52,457 bases of DNA, from positions 1-52,457 of the forward strand of contig DAIDJN010000064.1 of the NCBI GenBank assembly GCA_027451365.1. The letters are read 5' to 3'. Origin of the DNA: Phycisphaerales bacterium. Its GTDB lineage: Bacteria > Planctomycetota > Phycisphaerae > WQYP01. Positions 49,047 through 52,457 of this stretch are shown piece after piece. Positions within the stretch are counted from its first letter, which is position 1; every line of letters begins with the position of its first letter. The notes beneath the pieces are model-generated. The model had not been told where the DNA came from. It saw nothing but the letters and a program-made list of their open reading frames with translations, and ran no database searches. A program made the position numbers and the translations under genes.

Positions 49047-50434
49047 TAAACCGGCTTGCCATTGAGGAACGAGTTCGTGAATGGGGCTTGCGCGAGGACG
49101 TGGTGGAGAAGGATTACGTTCTTGGCTGGGTGCTATGGGGCATTGGAGCCCATCCATCGCTTTCCGTTAATTGGGCGTTCAAGGGTGGTACCTGCCTCAA
49201 GAAGTGCTATATCGAAACCTACCGATTTTCCGAGGACCTTGACTTTACGGTGCTGCCCGGAGGCCCTATTCTCAATGCTGATCTTGATCCCATTTTCCGG
49301 GCATTACTCCAAAACGTGGCTGACGAGTCGGGAATTGTTTTCAGCGGACGTCCGCCCCTCTTCATGACACACCCCTCCGGCAACTACACTGAGGGACGCA
49401 TCTACTACCAAGGGCCGCGAAATGCCCCACACGTTGCAAGCATTCGGCTCGACCTAAGCGTATCTGAGAAAATAGCAAGACCTACTGTGCTGCGTTCCAT
49501 CGCTCATACGTTCCCGGATCAACTTCCCCCGCCACAAACTGTTCGCTGCTATTCATTTGAAGAACTCTTTGCAGAGAAGCTCCGTGCAATGGGCGAACGC
49601 TCCAGGCCGCGTGATCTTTATGACATCGTAAATCTTTATTGGCGCACAGATTTACGATCTCATCCGGAAATCATTCGTACAGTTCTTGAGGAAAAGTGTA
49701 GATCGAAGAATGTTCCGATGCCTACCGCAGCAACTATTATGCGCGAAGATATCCGGAGCCAAACCGAGGCCGATTGGTCTAACATGTTGGCACACCAGTT
49801 ACAGGCTCTTCCTCCATTTGCACATTTTTGGGATGAACTGCCAGATCTCTTCAATTGGCTTGACGGCACGGCTCCGATTGCGACTTTGGAGGCCATTCCG
49901 CGAATCACCGGTGAGGAGACGACGGAGCAGTGGAGCCCTCCACCCACCGTTTGGACGTGGCACGCCGGCGTGCCACTTGAAACCATCCGCTTTGCTGCAG
50001 CGAACCACCTGTGCATCAATCTTGGTTACCAGGGCACAAAACGCATTATCGAACCGTATTCGATTCGGCAGACGCAGGAAGGCAACCTCATTCTGCACGC
50101 GATCAAAGTCGATTCACGAGAGACGCGTTCATATAGTGTAGATCGTATTCAAAGCATTGAAGTCACCATGCGGCCATTTACCCCAGTCTTTCTGGTCGAG
50201 TTTTCTGGAGCAGGACCAATTGAGGTGTCAGCCTCCACAGGCGAATTGATGACTCGACTACGACAGGGGGCCCATCATGGTGGTAGCGGTATTGTGTACA
50301 TCGTGGAGTGCCCCTACTGCGGAAAAAAGTTCAAACGAACGACAGATGACACATCGCTGAACCCACACAAGGACACAAGCGGCTATCGTTGTTCAGGACG
50401 AACCGGATATCTCGCAGATACGCAATATGACTGA
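49043..50434 (+). CDS. abiEii: AbiEii nucleotidyltransferase toxin fused to a WYL domain and C-terminal Zn ribbon
   Basis: Motifs EKDY, FKGGT, RFSEDLDF and RPRDLYD; WYL-like Y...KRIIEPYSI...RSYSVDRI; terminal CPYC...H...C. Confidence 0.88.
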   Translation: MINRLAIEERVREWGLREDVVEKDYVLGWVLWGIGAHPSLSVNWAFKGGTCLKKCYIETYRFSEDLDFTVLPGGPILNADLDPIFRALLQNVADESGIVFSGRPPLFMTHPSGNYTEGRIYYQGPRNAPHVASIRLDLSVSEKIARPTVLRSIAHTFPDQLPPPQTVRCYSFEELFAEKLRAMGERSRPRDLYDIVNLYWRTDLRSHPEIIRTVLEEKCRSKNVPMPTAATIMREDIRSQTEADWSNMLAHQLQALPPFAHFWDELPDLFNWLDGTAPIATLEAIPRITGEETTEQWSPPPTVWTWHAGVPLETIRFAAANHLCINLGYQGTKRIIEPYSIRQTQEGNLILHAIKVDSRETRSYSVDRIQSIEVTMRPFTPVFLVEFSGAGPIEVSASTGELMTRLRQGAHHGGSGIVYIVECPYCGKKFKRTTDDTSLNPHKDTSGYRCSGRTGYLADTQYD

Positions 50435-50548
50435 CATTTTGCCAGTTGGTACTGGCATGCATCAATTACCCAGCCGAACTCCCGCCTCCTAAATTGCAGT
50501 CTGCCGCCCCCACCGCCTTCTATTTGCGTTTGCATTGCAAAGTAGTAA

Positions 50549-50568
50549 TAATACTTGTAAGAGTATTA
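50549..50568. promoter_or_regulatory. Putative vapBC operator palindrome
   Basis: TAATACT-N6-AGTATTA in the AT-rich region upstream of the antitoxin. Confidence 0.45.
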
Positions 50569-50631
50569 CCATACGTCGCCCGCTGTTAACGATCAAAAGC
50601 GTGGAGCGGCCGGTGCATAGGAGTTTCAACC

Positions 50632-50853
50632 ATGAAAGTGACAGTGAAGGGCCAGGTAACAGTTCCTCGGGCGATTCGCGAACGCGCTGGAATTCTGCCA
50701 CATACGGACGTGGAATTTATCATTCGCGGCCGGGAGGTTGTTTTACGCAAGGTATCCAAGGGCCGACGAGGAAACGCTTTGATTGCACAGATGCGCGGCC
50801 GCGCCGGCACCGGCTTATCGACCGATGAGATTATGAAACTTACACGGATGTGA
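50632..50853 (+). CDS. vapB: AbrB/MazE/SpoVT-family antitoxin (VapB-like)
   Basis: KVTVKGQVTVPRAIRE...G..P..DVEF. Confidence 0.88.
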   Translation: MKVTVKGQVTVPRAIRERAGILPHTDVEFIIRGREVVLRKVSKGRRGNALIAQMRGRAGTGLSTDEIMKLTRM

Positions 50854-50856
50854 CAC

Positions 50857-51270
50857 ATGCCCGGCATCATGGTGGATTCTAATGTGTTGCTCGATATTCT
50901 CACTGAGGATTCCCAATGGTTTCAATGGTCCAGCGAGGCATTGGCCGAGGCGGCGGAACGCCATACGCTGGTCATCAATGCGGTAATTTTCGCCGAGGTA
51001 TCGGTGCGATTTGCCCGTATTGAGGATGTCAACGAAGCACTTCCGCCGGAGTGGTTCGAACGCCGTGCCATGCCTTACGAGGCGGCCTTTCTGGCGGCCA
51101 AATGCTTTTCGTCATATCGACGGCGTGGCGGTGAGAAGATAGCGGTATTACCTGATTTTTTTATTGGCTCGCATGCGGCGGTTGAAGGACTCAAGCTGAT
51201 CACGCGCGACAAGGCACGTTACCGAACTTATTTTCCACGGTTGGACATCATCAGTCCCGCTGGAAAATAA
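50857..51270 (+). CDS. vapC: PIN-domain toxin VapC
   Basis: Motifs VDSNVLLD, AEVS, PDFFIGSHA and LITRD. Confidence 0.9.
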   Translation: MPGIMVDSNVLLDILTEDSQWFQWSSEALAEAAERHTLVINAVIFAEVSVRFARIEDVNEALPPEWFERRAMPYEAAFLAAKCFSSYRRRGGEKIAVLPDFFIGSHAAVEGLKLITRDKARYRTYFPRLDIISPAGK

Positions 51271-51298
51271 GCGTGGACCCCAACTTACCAGGCCTCTA

Positions 51299-51436
51299 TG
51301 GCGGGCGGCGCTGCGCTCAATGAACAATGAGAAACCAGACAGCCTCGGCGCGGGGCCTTCATGTGGCGCGGTGCGGGGTGCAGCTTAAAGGTTTTGGATT
51401 GCGGATTGTTTTGGGTGGCGGGGAGCGGGCGCGATG
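51299..51436 (+). repeat. Degenerate direct repeat, right of the AbiE-VapBC block
   Basis: Partner of 48027-48141, with the same three blocks in the same order. Confidence 0.75.
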
Positions 51437-51501
51437 CCCGCGTCTTAATGGTGTGCGGTGGGTGGTGACGGGCATTTTGGGCGGGGGCCGGCGGTTCGGC
51501 T

Positions 51502-52014
51502 TCATCGCGTCGGGTCGATTCTGCTGGGATCAACGCCTAATGATTTGGCGATTCGGTCAATGGTTCGGTGGGATGGGCTAAGTTCCGCATTTTCAATGCG
51601 GCTGATGTGGCTTTGCGTCAGCCCACACTCCCGCGCCAGATCCACCTGCGTCTTGTTGGCCGCTTCACGTAGTGACCGAACACTGGCGGCCACGTGTTGA
51701 TTCCATCTGGATAATCCGGCGTGCTCGGCCGGCTGATCGAACTTGAGTTCAATGGCCGTATATTTTTCCTGATCCAGTATCTTCACCATGCCGCTGCGAA
51801 TTGCCTCCAATTCCTCCTCACTGCGGGCGGTCTCCAGCGCTTTTACCAATTCAAACCAGTCCTGCCGATCTTGAGCCGGCAGGCTGCTGATCCGTTCAAT
51901 AACGATGCCGATCGCCATCGTTATTGCCGCCTCACCGACGTTCGTTGTTTTTCGTATTGTGTCTAATTCTTTTACACCAACCATTTTACACCTATCCTTG
52001 CATAAGCTAATCAT
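51502..52014 (-). CDS. XRE-family HTH protein (HigA-like antitoxin/regulator)
   Basis: C-terminal LREAANKTQVDLARECGLTQSHISRIEN...IAKSLGV. The true start may lie further downstream. Confidence 0.85.
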   Translation of the reverse strand: MISLCKDRCKMVGVKELDTIRKTTNVGEAAITMAIGIVIERISSLPAQDRQDWFELVKALETARSEEELEAIRSGMVKILDQEKYTAIELKFDQPAEHAGLSRWNQHVAASVRSLREAANKTQVDLARECGLTQSHISRIENAELSPSHRTIDRIAKSLGVDPSRIDPTR

Positions 52015-52026
52015 TCTGAGCCGAAA

Positions 52027-52377
52027 CTAGGTTGCCTGTTCGTCAGCCCCTCCTTTGCTCCGAACCGGCATGGCCGGAATCGCGCCCGGAGTTTCACCGA
52101 ACAATCGCTTTCGGCGACGCATCGTTACACGGGTTCCATCTGGCGTCGGCCCATTATTTTCTTTCTTAATGACGCCCAATATGACAATCGCGCCCCTGGC
52201 TCGGTCGAGAAAAAAGAAAACCCGAAGATTTATTTTCCCAAGCACACCATGTTTTTCCCGCAGCTCATGGAAATCCACAACGGCATCCCCCGAACAAAGG
52301 TTGCTGTGCGTTGGGTCCAGGGCAAATTCATATAGAGTGCCATGTATATCAAGTGTGATTTTGATAGCGTACCTCAC
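52027..52377 (-). CDS. RelE/HigB(Gp49)-like toxin, putative
   Basis: HELRE...NLRVFFF...IVILGVIKK pattern, directly upstream of the XRE gene. Start uncertain. Confidence 0.6.
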   Translation of the reverse strand: MRYAIKITLDIHGTLYEFALDPTHSNLCSGDAVVDFHELREKHGVLGKINLRVFFFLDRARGAIVILGVIKKENNGPTPDGTRVTMRRRKRLFGETPGAIPAMPVRSKGGADEQAT

Positions 52378-52457
52378 GCGTCAGCGGATGTTATTGGGGC
52401 AATAAATGTCTGGCGACGGTGATTATCGGAAAAAAGGGATGATTTTGCGCAGCAGCT

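Overview
Bacterial chromosomal window, probably from a planctomycete (inferred from the HYExAFE protein, the DUF4159/prenyltransferase-repeat protein and the Sua5-YwlE fusion). It has three parts. (1) 1-11.3 kb is an accessory block of mostly secreted proteins, punctuated by three copies of a ~150-200 bp repeat. It holds an orphan, divergent methylamine-dehydrogenase-like module (MauD-like, MauA-like light chain with both TTQ tryptophans, and a beta-rich secreted gene split by an IS256), plus an IS66 remnant. (2) 11.5-37.4 kb is core: cysteine synthase, tRNA-Ser(CGA), ppa, rpiB, Sua5-YwlE, sulfotransferase, cca, hisS, amidase, tyrS, trpC, PfkB kinase, GH39 and radC. Several of these genes appear to have leaderless promoters. 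(3) 37.5-52.4 kb is a defence island: a P-loop kinase-Nudix fusion, type I R-M (hsdR-M-S) coupled to a PD-(D/E)xK-like protein, an SDH-type Clp-fold protease with a small partner, AbiE with an AbiEii-WYL-Zn-ribbon toxin, VapBC and a HigBA-like pair. The best candidates for undescribed biology are the repeat-bounded Mau-like/secreted-protein cassette array and the kinase-Nudix, hsdS-coupled nuclease and AbiEii-WYL genes. All family calls come from reading motifs by eye; no database searches were run.
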